DNA of 32,000 bases from Alkalilimnicola ehrlichii MLHE-1 (GTDB lineage Bacteria > Pseudomonadota > Gammaproteobacteria > Nitrococcales > Halorhodospiraceae). Made by a program: the position numbers and the translations under genes. Under the pieces are notes generated by a model. The model did no database searches and was not told where the DNA came from. It saw only the letters and a program-made list of their open reading frames with translations. Shown piece after piece: positions 17,474-26,925 of this stretch. The stretch covers positions 30,001-62,000 of the forward strand of contig NC_008340.1 of NCBI RefSeq assembly GCF_000014785.1, written 5' to 3'. Positions within the stretch are counted from its first letter, which is position 1. Each line of letters starts with the position of its first letter.

Positions 17474-18725
17474 GCCGATCCCTCGTCATCGCCAGTGGGT
17501 GTGCAGGGCTGTGTCAAAGCCATCGCCTGGCGCAGGGCTGCCTCCTGCCGAATCGGCTCAATACGCGGCACGTTAGGGGCCGGCTCCACCTCCCTTTGCG
17601 ATGCCAACTCCGCCTCCCGCGGCACCTCCGGTGCGAGGGCCGCCTGGCCCGAGCCCGATCCAGGGCTGCCCCCGGAGTTCATGCGGATGCCGGGGCCGCT
17701 GAGGGTGATGCCCGAGGGATCGACCTTGATGAAACTGCCGCCCGCCTGGAGGGTGATCTCGGCACCGGCGTCGATGACCGCCTTGTGCCCCGACTTGACG
17801 TGCAGTTCCCGGCCGCATTCGCTCAGCCAGGCCTCACCGGCTTTGAGATGCAGGGTGCCCTCCACGCTGAGATGCTGATCCCCACCGGTGCGCTCGCGCC
17901 GCTCGCCCTGCACGGTGAGGTGCTCGTCGCCGTGGATCTCCGCGAGCCGGTCGCCGTGGACGCCCAGGTGGCTGTGGCGGCCGATGGTCTCGGAGCGGTC
18001 GTTGCGGGTGTGCAGGTCGAGATCGCGCTGGGCGTGCAGGTGGATGCGCTCGGCCTCGCGGGCATCCTCGAAGTGCAGTTCGTTGTAGCCCTCACCGTCC
18101 TGGCTGCGGCTGCGCAGCACGCTGCGGGTCTTGTGCGCGGGCAGCGGATAGGGCGGGGTGTTGTGGCCATCGTAGACCCGGCCGGTGATCACCGGCTGAT
18201 CCGGGTCGCCGGCCAGGAAGTCGACGATCACCGCATGGCCCACCCGGGGCAGGAACAGCCCGCCGTAGCCGGGCCCGGCCCAGGGCTGGGCGACGCGCAG
18301 CCAGGCGCTGGCGTGCTCGTCATCGGCGGCGTAGCGGTCCCAGGGGAAACGGACCTTGACCCGGCCGTGCTCATCGCAATGGATCGCCTCCCCCTCGGGG
18401 CCCACCACCCGGGCGATCTGCGGGCCCTCCATCCGCGGGCCGGCGTCCGGGTCGTGGGGCGGGCGCCGGTGCGGCCGCGCTGGAACTCGGTGACGATGCC
18501 GTGGACCCGGCGGGTGACCGCACCCCCCTGATGGATCACCAGCGCCAGGCCCTGCTCAAGCCAGTCGTCGGGGGCGATATCGGGCGAGGGGTGGACCAGG
18601 TCCAGGGTCAGCGTGAAGGGCCGGGAGAGGTGCTCATCCAGCAAGAACCCGGTGACCCGGGGCAGGTCGGCCTCCGCCGCGCCGGGGCGCGAGAGGGCGA
18701 GGTACAGTCCGTTGTCCGTAGGCAT
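17470..18725 (-). pseudogene. VgrG (TssI) with large internal deletion and frameshift; N-terminal and C-terminal fragments only
   Basis: N fragment 18228..18725 starts MPTDNGLYLALSRPGAAEADLPRVTGFLLDEHLSRPFTLTLDLVHPS...[13 protein letters not shown]; C fragment 17470..18432 starts [34 protein letters not shown] and has VgrG gp5 OB-fold and beta-repeat region; the intervening gp27-like central region is absent. Confidence 0.88.
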
Positions 18726-19078
18726 GGCCAGTCCGTTGGCATGGGAATCCGATTCGGAGCAGCCTAAGAGGGGGCCCCGGACCTGTCAAGCAAACCACCG
18801 GGGCAGCGTGTGGGGGGGGCTTGCAAGCCGGAATCGGTCCGTGCTAATCCTAAAACGTAGCCAGGAAGGCTACCCGATCCAGTCAACGCGGTTTGCTGTG
18901 CTGCAGTGGGCCGCGCCGAATCAAGGAAGAGTAAGTCAGACAATGGATTGTCTCCCTATTCATGCCACCGGTATACCCGGTATCCCCGTTCAGCCGCACC
19001 CCATGAGGGTTGTGGATCGCCCTTGCGTGCGTGCTGTCCCCCGCTCCGTTCTGCGAGCCCACCACAGGGAGTGAAACG

Positions 19079-19588
19079 ATGTCCGACCAAGGAACGGTCG
19101 CGCCCAGAGAGCGCATCAATATCCGTTATGTGCCCGCCACCGGAGACCAGGCGTCCGAGGCCGAGCTGCCACTGAAGCTGCTGGTGGTTGGCGACTTCAA
19201 GGGCGGTTCCGAGGAGACGCCGATCGAGGAGAGAACGGCGGTCTCCGTGGACAAGAACAACTTTCACTCCGTGCTCGCCGAGTCGGGCCTGGGCCTGGAG
19301 GCCTGCGTGCCCAACCGGCTGCAGGCCGGTGACGAGGTCAGCGATCTGCCCGTCCGCCTCTCCTTCAAGGCGCTGGATGACTTTGCCCCCGACCGGTTGG
19401 CACAGCAGGTGCCGGAACTCCGCAAGCTGGTGGCCCTGCGTGAGGCCCTCGTGGCCCTGAAAGGGCCGCTGGGCAATATCCCGGCGTTCCGCAGGCAGTT
19501 GCAGGACCTGCTGGAGAGCGAGTCGGTCCGGGAACGGTTGCTGGAGGAACTGAAGCGCGTCACGTCCCCTGAGGACGACACCGAGTGA
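19079..19588 (+). CDS. tssB: T6SS contractile sheath small subunit TssB (VipA)
   Basis: ERINIRYVPATGD...ELPLKLLVVGDFKG, ERTAVSVDKNNFHSVL, LPVRLSFKALDDFAPD; ATG at 19079, GTGAAACG upstream. Confidence 0.96.
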   Translation: MSDQGTVAPRERINIRYVPATGDQASEAELPLKLLVVGDFKGGSEETPIEERTAVSVDKNNFHSVLAESGLGLEACVPNRLQAGDEVSDLPVRLSFKALDDFAPDRLAQQVPELRKLVALREALVALKGPLGNIPAFRRQLQDLLESESVRERLLEELKRVTSPEDDTE

Positions 19589-19622
19589 TCGGTGCCCGCA
19601 ACGGAAGCGAGGAGTCACCCCA

Positions 19623-21101
19623 ATGAACGAAATGGTAGCCGAGCACACCGCGTCAGCGGCATCGGACGGCCCCCTGCTGGACCAGATCATGGCCAAGACC
19701 CGCATGGCGCCCAGCGACGAGGGCTACGATATCGCCCGGCAGGGTGTTGCGGCCTTCATCAGCGAGCTGCTCAAGGGTGAGGGGGAGGAGACGCCGCAGG
19801 TCAATAAAGCGGTGGTCGACCGGATGATCGTCGAACTGGACCGCAAGATCGGGCAGCAGGTGGACGAGATCCTTCATCTGCCCGAATTCCAGCGCCTGGA
19901 GTCCGCCTGGCGTGGCCTCAAGCTGTTGGTCGATCGCACGGACTTCCGCGAGAATATCCGCCTGAACCTCCTCCATGCCAGCAAGGAGGAATTGCTGGAG
20001 GATTTCGAGTTCTCGCCGGAACTGCCCCAGAGCGGGTTGTACCAGCACGTCTACGCCTCCGGTTACGGTCAGTTCGGCGGCGACCCGGTGGCGGGGGTCA
20101 TCGGGGTCTACGACTTCCAGCCCACCACCCCGGACATCAAGCTCCTCCAGTACAGCGCCGCCGTGGGGGCCACCGCCCACGCCCCCTTCATCTCGTCGGT
20201 GGCCCCGGAGTTCTTCGGTATCGAGCGTTACCAGGACCTGCCCAACATCAAGGACCTGGCCGCCACCCTTCAGGGGCCCAAATACGCCCGTTGGCGCAGC
20301 CTGCGTGAGAGCGAGGATGCCCGATACCTCGGCCTCACGGCCCCGCGCTTTCTGCTGCGCATGCCCTACGACCCGGTGGAGAACCCGGTAAAGACCTTCA
20401 ACTACCGGGAGTCGGTCAGCGAGAGCCACGAGCACTACCTGTGGGGCAACACGGCCTATCTGTTCGCCGAGCGGCTTACCGACAGCTTCGCGCGTTACCG
20501 CTGGTGCCCGAACATCATTGGCCCGCAGAGCGGCGGTGCCGTGGAGCACCTGCCGGTGCATACCTTCGAGTCCATGGGCCAACTGCAGGCCAAGATCCCT
20601 ACCGAGGTGCTGATCACCGACCGGCGGGAGTACGAACTGGCCGAGGAAGGGTTCATCGCCCTGACCATGCGCAAGGACAGCGACAACGCCGCCTTCTTCT
20701 CGGCCAACTCGGTGCAGCGGCCCCGGCGCTTTCCCAACACGGCGGAGGGCCGCGCGGCGGAGACCAACTTCAAGCTGGGCACGCAACTGCCCTATCTGTT
20801 CGTCGTCAATCGCCTCGCCCACTACATCAAGGTGCTGCAGCGCGAGCAGATCGGTGCCTGGAAGGAGCGCCAGGACCTGGAGCGGGAGCTGAACGACTGG
20901 ATCCGGCAGTACGTGGCGGACCAGGAAAACCCGCCGGCGGAGGTGCGCAGCCGGCGCCCCCTGCGCGCCGCCTCCATCCAGGTCTCCGACCTGGAGGGCG
21001 ATCCGGGCTGGTATCAGGTCTCGCTGGCCGTGCGTCCCCACTTCAAGTACATGGGGGCCAACTTCGAGCTCTCCCTTGTCGGTCGACTGGACAAGGAGTA
21101 A
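19623..21101 (+). CDS. tssC: T6SS contractile sheath large subunit TssC (VipB)
   Basis: LHLPEFQRLESAWRGLKLLVDRTDFRENIRLNLLHASKEELLEDF, YDFQPTTPDIKLLQYSAAVGATAHAPFISSVAPEFFG, VRPHFKYMGANFELSLVGRLDK. Confidence 0.98.
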   Translation: MNEMVAEHTASAASDGPLLDQIMAKTRMAPSDEGYDIARQGVAAFISELLKGEGEETPQVNKAVVDRMIVELDRKIGQQVDEILHLPEFQRLESAWRGLKLLVDRTDFRENIRLNLLHASKEELLEDFEFSPELPQSGLYQHVYASGYGQFGGDPVAGVIGVYDFQPTTPDIKLLQYSAAVGATAHAPFISSVAPEFFGIERYQDLPNIKDLAATLQGPKYARWRSLRESEDARYLGLTAPRFLLRMPYDPVENPVKTFNYRESVSESHEHYLWGNTAYLFAERLTDSFARYRWCPNIIGPQSGGAVEHLPVHTFESMGQLQAKIPTEVLITDRREYELAEEGFIALTMRKDSDNAAFFSANSVQRPRRFPNTAEGRAAETNFKLGTQLPYLFVVNRLAHYIKVLQREQIGAWKERQDLERELNDWIRQYVADQENPPAEVRSRRPLRAASIQVSDLEGDPGWYQVSLAVRPHFKYMGANFELSLVGRLDKE

Positions 21102-21107
21102 CCGGCC

Positions 21108-21536
21108 ATGGCGTTGTCCCGGTCCTATCCGAGGGGTCCCCGGCTTTTCGAGCGTCTGGGGGGGCTGCCGCTGGACCCCGGCCCGTCCGCCGCCGACGGT
21201 GGTGTCCTGATCGAATCGATCAAGGCGCACCTGGCGGACCTGCTCAACAGCCACCCGGGGCACTGCGCCTGCGCCCCCGGGCTGGGCCTGGTGGACTTCA
21301 ACGACGCCACCCTGGGGGCGTTGGACCTGAGGTTAAGCATCCGGCGGGCTGTCCGCGACTGCATCGAGCGCTACGAGCCGCGTATCCGCCAGGTGTCGGT
21401 GGAAGTGATGGATCAGGGCAGCGAGCCGGCCGCGCTGCGGTTCAAGCTCCACGCGGTCCTCAACACCGATCGGGGAGACCAACGCACCACGCTGGACCTC
21501 ATGCTCAGCGACCGTCATTACCGGTTCATCGACTGA
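21108..21536 (+). CDS. tssE: T6SS baseplate subunit TssE (gp25-like)
   Basis: FERLGG..., IKAHLADLLNSHPGHCACAPGLGLVDFND, YEPRIRQVSVEV. Confidence 0.93.
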   Translation: MALSRSYPRGPRLFERLGGLPLDPGPSAADGGVLIESIKAHLADLLNSHPGHCACAPGLGLVDFNDATLGALDLRLSIRRAVRDCIERYEPRIRQVSVEVMDQGSEPAALRFKLHAVLNTDRGDQRTTLDLMLSDRHYRFID

Positions 21537-21549
21537 AGGCGGATCGGAG

Positions 21550-23319
21550 ATGACCATGCTGAACCGCTACTACCGGGACGAACTCAACTTCCTTCGCCAG
21601 GAGGGCAGGGCGTTCGCTCAGGCGTATCCGCACCTCAGCCGTTTCCTCTCGGAGCCGGGGGACGACCCGGACGTGGAGCGGTTGCTGGAGGGCTTCGCCT
21701 TCCTCACCGGACGCATGCGCGAGAAGGTGGAGGATGAGTTCCCGGAGCTCACCCACTCGCTCATTAGCATGCTCTGGCCCAACTATCTGCGTCCGGTCCC
21801 GAGCATGACCATTGTCCGTTTCGATCCCCGGTGGCATGCGTTGCGTGCCGGGCACCGGCTGCCGCGCGGCACCGCGCTGCGGAGCCAGCCGGTACAGGGT
21901 ACCCCCTGCCGATTCCGGACCAGTCACGACGTCACCCTGTATCCGTTGGAGGTGGCCGGTGTTGACACCGCCCGTTCACGCAGCCGGTCCCAGGTGACGT
22001 TACGGCTTGCCGTGCACAGTGATCAGCCGCTCGCGGACCTGCCGGCCGATCCGCTGCGTTTCTATCTTGGCGGTGACGGCTATACGGCGCGCACGCTCTA
22101 TCTCTGGCTGCAGCATTATCTGGAGGGCGTGGATCTGGAGGTGGCCGGCGAGCGTCGCAGCCTGCCGGCGGACGCTATCAGTCCGGTCGGCTTCGAGCGT
22201 GATCAGTCCCTGCTGCCCTACCCGCGCAATAGTTTTCAAGGGTATCGCATCCTCCAGGAATACCTCTGTGTCCCGGACGCATTCCGTTTCCTTGACTTGC
22301 AGCGCTTGTCTGCCGCCCTGCCCCACGAGGCGGCCGACGAGATCCGGCTGGTGTTCCGTTTCTCACGCACCCTGCCGAGGGATGCCCGCCTGTCGGTGGA
22401 CCACTTCCAGCTCCATTGCACCCCGGCGGTCAACCTCTTCGAGCAGGACGCCGACCCGATTGACCTGACCGGCGAGCGTGCCGAGTACCCGATCCTGCCC
22501 AGTAGCCGTAACCCCGCCCACTACGAGGTCTATAGTGTCGATGCGGTGGAAGGGTGGCTCACCACGGGCAGCGGCCGGTTCCGCGGCGAGCCCCGCCGTT
22601 ATGTGCCCTTCGAGAGCTTCCAGCACCAGCTCGAGCGCGACCGTGGAGGGGATGCGCGCTACTACCGGCTCCGCGTACGGGAGAGCGTGCGCGACGACGG
22701 CTTCGCCCACGATATCGCCTTCGTACGGGAGGACGAGGTCTACCGGTTGGCGCACCATGAGACCGTCTCCTTGCGCCTGACCTGCACCAACCGGCGGTTG
22801 CCCGAATCCCTGGGCGTGGGTGACATCACCGACTTTGCCGACGACAGCCCCGCCCTGGTCACGGCCCGCAACATCACCCGGCCCACCCCTGCCCTCAGGC
22901 CGCAACTGGACGGCGGCCTGCTGTGGACGCTGATCTCCAATCTCGCCCTGAACTATCTCTCGCTGTTGCATACCGACGCGCTCCGTTCGGTCCTGCGGGC
23001 CTACGATTTTCGCGCGTTGGTGGACCGTCAGGCCGAGCGCGCCTCGCAGCAACGCCTGGCGGGCATACGGGCCATCGACACCGTGCCGGTGGATCGTTTG
23101 CACCACGGCCTGCCGGTGCGCGGGATGCGCTCGGTGGTAACGTTGGACGAAGCCGCCTTCGGTGACGAGGGCGGGCTCTACCAGTTCGGCTGCGTGCTGG
23201 CGCGCTTTCTGGCGCTGTACGCCAGCATCAACGCCTTTCACGAGCTGCAGGTCGTCAATCTCAGAAACCAGGAGCGCTACACATGGAAGTGGCAGCCCGG
23301 TCAGCAACCGCTGATGTGA
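21550..23319 (+). CDS. tssF: T6SS baseplate subunit TssF
   Basis: LNRYYRDELNFLRQEGRAFAQAYPHLSRFLSEPGDDPDVERLLEGFAFLTGRMREKVEDEFPELTHSLISMLWPNYLRPVPSM. Confidence 0.98.
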   Translation: MTMLNRYYRDELNFLRQEGRAFAQAYPHLSRFLSEPGDDPDVERLLEGFAFLTGRMREKVEDEFPELTHSLISMLWPNYLRPVPSMTIVRFDPRWHALRAGHRLPRGTALRSQPVQGTPCRFRTSHDVTLYPLEVAGVDTARSRSRSQVTLRLAVHSDQPLADLPADPLRFYLGGDGYTARTLYLWLQHYLEGVDLEVAGERRSLPADAISPVGFERDQSLLPYPRNSFQGYRILQEYLCVPDAFRFLDLQRLSAALPHEAADEIRLVFRFSRTLPRDARLSVDHFQLHCTPAVNLFEQDADPIDLTGERAEYPILPSSRNPAHYEVYSVDAVEGWLTTGSGRFRGEPRRYVPFESFQHQLERDRGGDARYYRLRVRESVRDDGFAHDIAFVREDEVYRLAHHETVSLRLTCTNRRLPESLGVGDITDFADDSPALVTARNITRPTPALRPQLDGGLLWTLISNLALNYLSLLHTDALRSVLRAYDFRALVDRQAERASQQRLAGIRAIDTVPVDRLHHGLPVRGMRSVVTLDEAAFGDEGGLYQFGCVLARFLALYASINAFHELQVVNLRNQERYTWKWQPGQQPLM

Positions 23320-24302
23320 GCCCGGGGCATCTCGCCACCCGCGCCCGGCACTACGATTTCTATCAGCTGGTGGAACTGCTCTTCCAGCAATGGGGCTGGC
23401 AGCCGGAAGCGGGGAGCGGAAGCGGTCCCCAGGTGGAAGGGGTGCGCTTCCGGGCCTCCGCGTCGCTGGGTTTTCCCGGCACCGACGTGGTGGCGCTGCG
23501 GCCCTGCCCGCGGGAGGGCCATATCCTCGAGGTCAGTTTTCTCGGGCTGCACGGCGCCCAGTCCCCGCTCCCTGGTTACTACCTGGAGCACTTGGCGCAC
23601 GCCAGTGCTCACGGTGAGGGGGCGGCCGTTGACCTGCTGAATTTCTTCCACCACCGGTTATTGACCCTGCTCCATTTCGCCTGGCGCAAGTATCGCCACT
23701 ACGTGCGTTACCAAGACGGGGCGCGCGACGGCTTCTCGGCGGCGTTGTTCGCCTTGAGCGGGCTGGCGGACAAGGACCTGCGGGCGGAAAGCCCGATCAA
23801 CTGGAGCAAGCTGCTGGCGTACGCCGGCCTGGTGGCGGGGCGGTCACGCTCGCCCGAGGTGGTGGGCGGCATCCTCGCTCATTGCTTCGACCTGGAGGAG
23901 GTGGCGATCGTGCCCTGGCAGGCGCGGTGGGTGGCGGTGCCCGACGACCAGCGCAGCCGGTGCGGCACGGCCTGTATGAGCCTGAACCGCGATCTCACCA
24001 TTGGCGACCGGGTGGTGGACATCAACGGCAAGTTCCTGATCCGCATTGGCCGGTTGTCCCGTCGCCGGATGGCGGATTTTCTCCCGGATGGGCGGGATTT
24101 CGCTCCGCTAAAGGCCGTGGTCGATTTCCTGTTGCGCGAGCCCCTGGCCTACGACCTGGAGTTGGAGCTGATGAGCGACCAGGTCCGGCCGATGCGTCTC
24201 TCCGCGCGGGACCCCGAGCGACTGGGCTGGACGACCTTTCTTGATCCACGAACCGATGCCATGCGCCGCCAGCGGCGCGTGCGCCTGCAGATAAGGGGGT
24301 AA
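23316..24302 (+). CDS. tssG: T6SS baseplate subunit TssG
   Basis: ARHYDFYQLVELLFQQ, VRFRASASLGFPGTDV, EVSFLGLHGAQSPLPGYYLEHL, LLNFFHHRLLTLLHFAWRKYRHYV; GTG at 23316 overlaps tssF stop (GTGA). Confidence 0.96.
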   Translation: MSPGHLATRARHYDFYQLVELLFQQWGWQPEAGSGSGPQVEGVRFRASASLGFPGTDVVALRPCPREGHILEVSFLGLHGAQSPLPGYYLEHLAHASAHGEGAAVDLLNFFHHRLLTLLHFAWRKYRHYVRYQDGARDGFSAALFALSGLADKDLRAESPINWSKLLAYAGLVAGRSRSPEVVGGILAHCFDLEEVAIVPWQARWVAVPDDQRSRCGTACMSLNRDLTIGDRVVDINGKFLIRIGRLSRRRMADFLPDGRDFAPLKAVVDFLLREPLAYDLELELMSDQVRPMRLSARDPERLGWTTFLDPRTDAMRRQRRVRLQIRG

Positions 24303-24306
24303 CAAC

Positions 24307-25017
24307 GTGTCCCTGCAAGCACCCACGGTGACCTTGGTGGTCATCAATCCCGAGATCATGGACGGCCGGGCCGCTGGCGCCCACGTCTTCGACACCCGGG
24401 GGGGCTGCCTGGGCAGCGACCCCGCCCTCAGTGACTGGTGCCTGCCGGATGCCGGGGGCCGTGTCCATGGGGTGCACGCTGCCCTGCGCTACGAGCAGGG
24501 GCGGTTCATCCTGGATGATGAATCCGGTGACACCCGCATCAATGGTGTCAGCCGGCCCCTGGGCCGCGGGCAGCGGGTGCTGCTCTCGGAGGGGGATGTG
24601 CTGGCGGTGGGCAACTACCGGCTTCGGGTGCTGTTCGGGGGCGCCGGCGACGCGTGCCCCGCGGCCGATCTGGCCGCCCTTGCCGGAGAACCAGAGGCGG
24701 TCATGACCAGCGAACGTCCGCCTTTGATGGCGGAGCGGGCGGACGCGGGGAGCGACCCCCTGGCGGCCCTGGGGGCCCCTTCGGTCGCCACCCACACGGT
24801 GGCCGACCCGCTGCGCGCCCTGGATGCCGCCACGACCTTCCCGCAGGAAGAGCGGCCCCTTTACGGGCCGGAGGTGCCGGCCGGCGATCAACACGCCATG
24901 ATGATGCCGTCCCGGCCCAGATACGGGCAGGATCGGCCCCGTTGCCCCCAGGCGGCCGAGGCGGCCATTGAGGCCGGGTTGCAGGCCGCGCGGCGCGAGC
25001 AGGAGGAGGGGGTATGA
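24307..25017 (+). CDS. FHA-domain T6SS accessory protein (short form)
   Basis: GTG start; CLGSDPALSDWCLPDAGGRVHGVHAALRYEQGRFILDDESGDTRINGVSRPLGRGQRVLLSEGDVLAVGNYRLRV. Confidence 0.85.
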   Translation: MSLQAPTVTLVVINPEIMDGRAAGAHVFDTRGGCLGSDPALSDWCLPDAGGRVHGVHAALRYEQGRFILDDESGDTRINGVSRPLGRGQRVLLSEGDVLAVGNYRLRVLFGGAGDACPAADLAALAGEPEAVMTSERPPLMAERADAGSDPLAALGAPSVATHTVADPLRALDAATTFPQEERPLYGPEVPAGDQHAMMMPSRPRYGQDRPRCPQAAEAAIEAGLQAARREQEEGV

Positions 25018-25586
25018 CCATCAGTGGGTGTGCCCGTCCTGGCCGGCGCGGGTCGGTCCGGCTGTTGGCCCTGCTGGCCTGCCTGGTCATGGCGCCGGGG
25101 CTGTCCGGGTGCGCAGCGCCGTTGGAAGCGGCCGGAAAGGTGGGCCGGGTGCTTTGGGACCCGTCGATCCCGGTGGGCGAGCCGGAGGACCGGCCGTCCA
25201 CAGCGAGCCTGAGCCTGGTGGCCGATGGGGACGTGAACCCCAACCTGGTGGACGAGGGGACCCCCCTCATGTTCCGGGTCCTGCAGCTTCGGGATGACTC
25301 CATGCTAATGGCTGCCGACTATGGCCAGATGAAGGATGATCTGGAGGAGGCCCTGGGCACCAATTACCTGTCCCACGATGACTTCACCCTGCTGCCCGGC
25401 CAATTCAAGGTCTTCCAGCTGAAGGCACTGGAGGAGGATGCGCGCTACCTCGGCCTGGTGGCCTATTACGCCGAGCCGGATCGGGCGCAATGGAAGAAGG
25501 TGCTGCGCGTGGAGTCGCGCGGCCAGGACTACCACGTACTGGTGCATCTGCGCCGGCACGAAGCCGAACTCAAGGACGAGAGCTGA
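25014..25586 (+). CDS. tssJ: T6SS outer membrane lipoprotein TssJ
   Basis: Lipobox LSGC in signal peptide; NPNLVDEGTPLMFRVLQLRDDS, LPGQFKVFQLKALEEDARYLGLVAYY. Confidence 0.93.
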   Translation: MTISGCARPGRRGSVRLLALLACLVMAPGLSGCAAPLEAAGKVGRVLWDPSIPVGEPEDRPSTASLSLVADGDVNPNLVDEGTPLMFRVLQLRDDSMLMAADYGQMKDDLEEALGTNYLSHDDFTLLPGQFKVFQLKALEEDARYLGLVAYYAEPDRAQWKKVLRVESRGQDYHVLVHLRRHEAELKDES

Positions 25587-26923
25587 TGGTCTGCCGTAAC
25601 CGAGTCGTTTGGCGTGAAGGGGCGTTCATCAAACCGCACCACTTCCAGCAACAACAGCGCAGCCTCGAGGGGCTGCTGGACCTGCGGCTGCAGGCGGTCA
25701 GCGGCTACAGCCACGGCTTCCTGCAACTGGAACTGAACAGCGAATTCCTGGGCTTCGGCCGGATTGCGCTCACCCGGGCCCGCGGCATCATGCCGGACGG
25801 CACCGCCTTCGACCTGCCGGGCGATGACCTGGAGCCACCACCACTGGCCGTGGACGAGGCCGGCATGGCCAACCAGCGGGTCTACCTGGGGCTGCCCCTG
25901 GCCGGTGATGGCGTGGCCGAGGTCAGCGACGAGGACGCCATCAGGGATGATGGCCGCTACCGCCTGCATCGCCGGGAGATCTGGGATCTTCACACCAGTC
26001 CTGGAGATGTCGCTGAACTGGCGGTGGCCCGCGCCGCCCCGCGCCTGCTGTTGGAGCACGATGACCGCAGCGGTTATGCCTGCCTGGCAGTGGCGCGGAT
26101 ACTGGAGCGGCGCCCGGATGGTTCACTGGTACTCGATCCCGACTTTATCCCCACCACCCTGACCACCCGGGTGGCGCCCGGCCTGCAGCGGTTCATTGGT
26201 GAGGTGGCCGGGTTGATGCAGGCGCGAGCGCGTCGGATCGCACAGCGGCTGGCCGCTCCGCAGCAGGCCGGGGTGGCTGATGTCTCCGACTTCATGCTGC
26301 TGCAATTGCTGAACCGCCTGCAGCCCCGGTTCCAGCACCTGCAACAGCACCGGCGGCTGCACCCGGAGGCCCTCTACAGCCACATGCTGGAGGCCTGCAG
26401 CGAACTGGCGACCTTCACCGACGAGTCGCGGTTGCCCCGGCGCTATCCTCCCTACGACCACGATGCCCCCGATACCGCCTTCCGTGCGCTCATGCAGGGG
26501 CTCCGTCAGGCTCTCTCCACCGTGCTGGAGGCCCGAGCGGTGGCCATTCCCCTGGAGGCCCGCCGTCACGGGCTCATGCTCGCGCCGCTAAGCGATTCGA
26601 CGCTGCTGGACGAGGCCGAGTTCGTGGTCGCCGTGCGCGCGGACATGGCGGTGGAGACGCTGCGCCGACAGTTCATCCAGCAGACGAAGATCGCCGGTAT
26701 CGAACGCATCCGCGACCTGGTCAGTCTGCAACTGCCCGGCATTCCGCTCGTTCCGCTGCCGGTCGCGCCGCGCCAGCTCCCCTATCACGCGAGTCATATC
26801 TACTTCCAGCTCGACCGTCGCAGCGAGGCCTGGGGCCTGCTGACCGGTGCGAGCGGTTTCGCCTTCCACCTGGGTGGTGACTTCCCAGGGCTGGATCTCC
26901 AGTTCTGGGCAATAAGGAGTTGA
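25586..26923 (+). CDS. tssK: T6SS baseplate subunit TssK
   Basis: NRVVWREGAFIKPHHFQQQQRSLEGLLDLRLQAVSGYSHGFLQLELNSEFL...HASHIYFQLDR-like; ATG at 25586 overlaps tssJ stop. Confidence 0.97.
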   Translation: MVCRNRVVWREGAFIKPHHFQQQQRSLEGLLDLRLQAVSGYSHGFLQLELNSEFLGFGRIALTRARGIMPDGTAFDLPGDDLEPPPLAVDEAGMANQRVYLGLPLAGDGVAEVSDEDAIRDDGRYRLHRREIWDLHTSPGDVAELAVARAAPRLLLEHDDRSGYACLAVARILERRPDGSLVLDPDFIPTTLTTRVAPGLQRFIGEVAGLMQARARRIAQRLAAPQQAGVADVSDFMLLQLLNRLQPRFQHLQQHRRLHPEALYSHMLEACSELATFTDESRLPRRYPPYDHDAPDTAFRALMQGLRQALSTVLEARAVAIPLEARRHGLMLAPLSDSTLLDEAEFVVAVRADMAVETLRRQFIQQTKIAGIERIRDLVSLQLPGIPLVPLPVAPRQLPYHASHIYFQLDRRSEAWGLLTGASGFAFHLGGDFPGLDLQFWAIRS

Positions 26924-26925
26924 TC

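Noticed and set aside
17281-18531. 416 aa plus-strand ORF
   Set aside because: Antisense to VgrG/DUF4123 coding sequence; shadow ORF.
18811-18825. Possible -24/-12 sigma54 promoter TGGGGGGGGCTTGCA before tssB
   Set aside because: GG-to-GC spacing is one base short of the consensus and the -24 element lacks CAC; not supportable by eye.
19653-21263. 536 aa antisense ORF
   Set aside because: Exactly opposite tssC; biased composition, no family resemblance.
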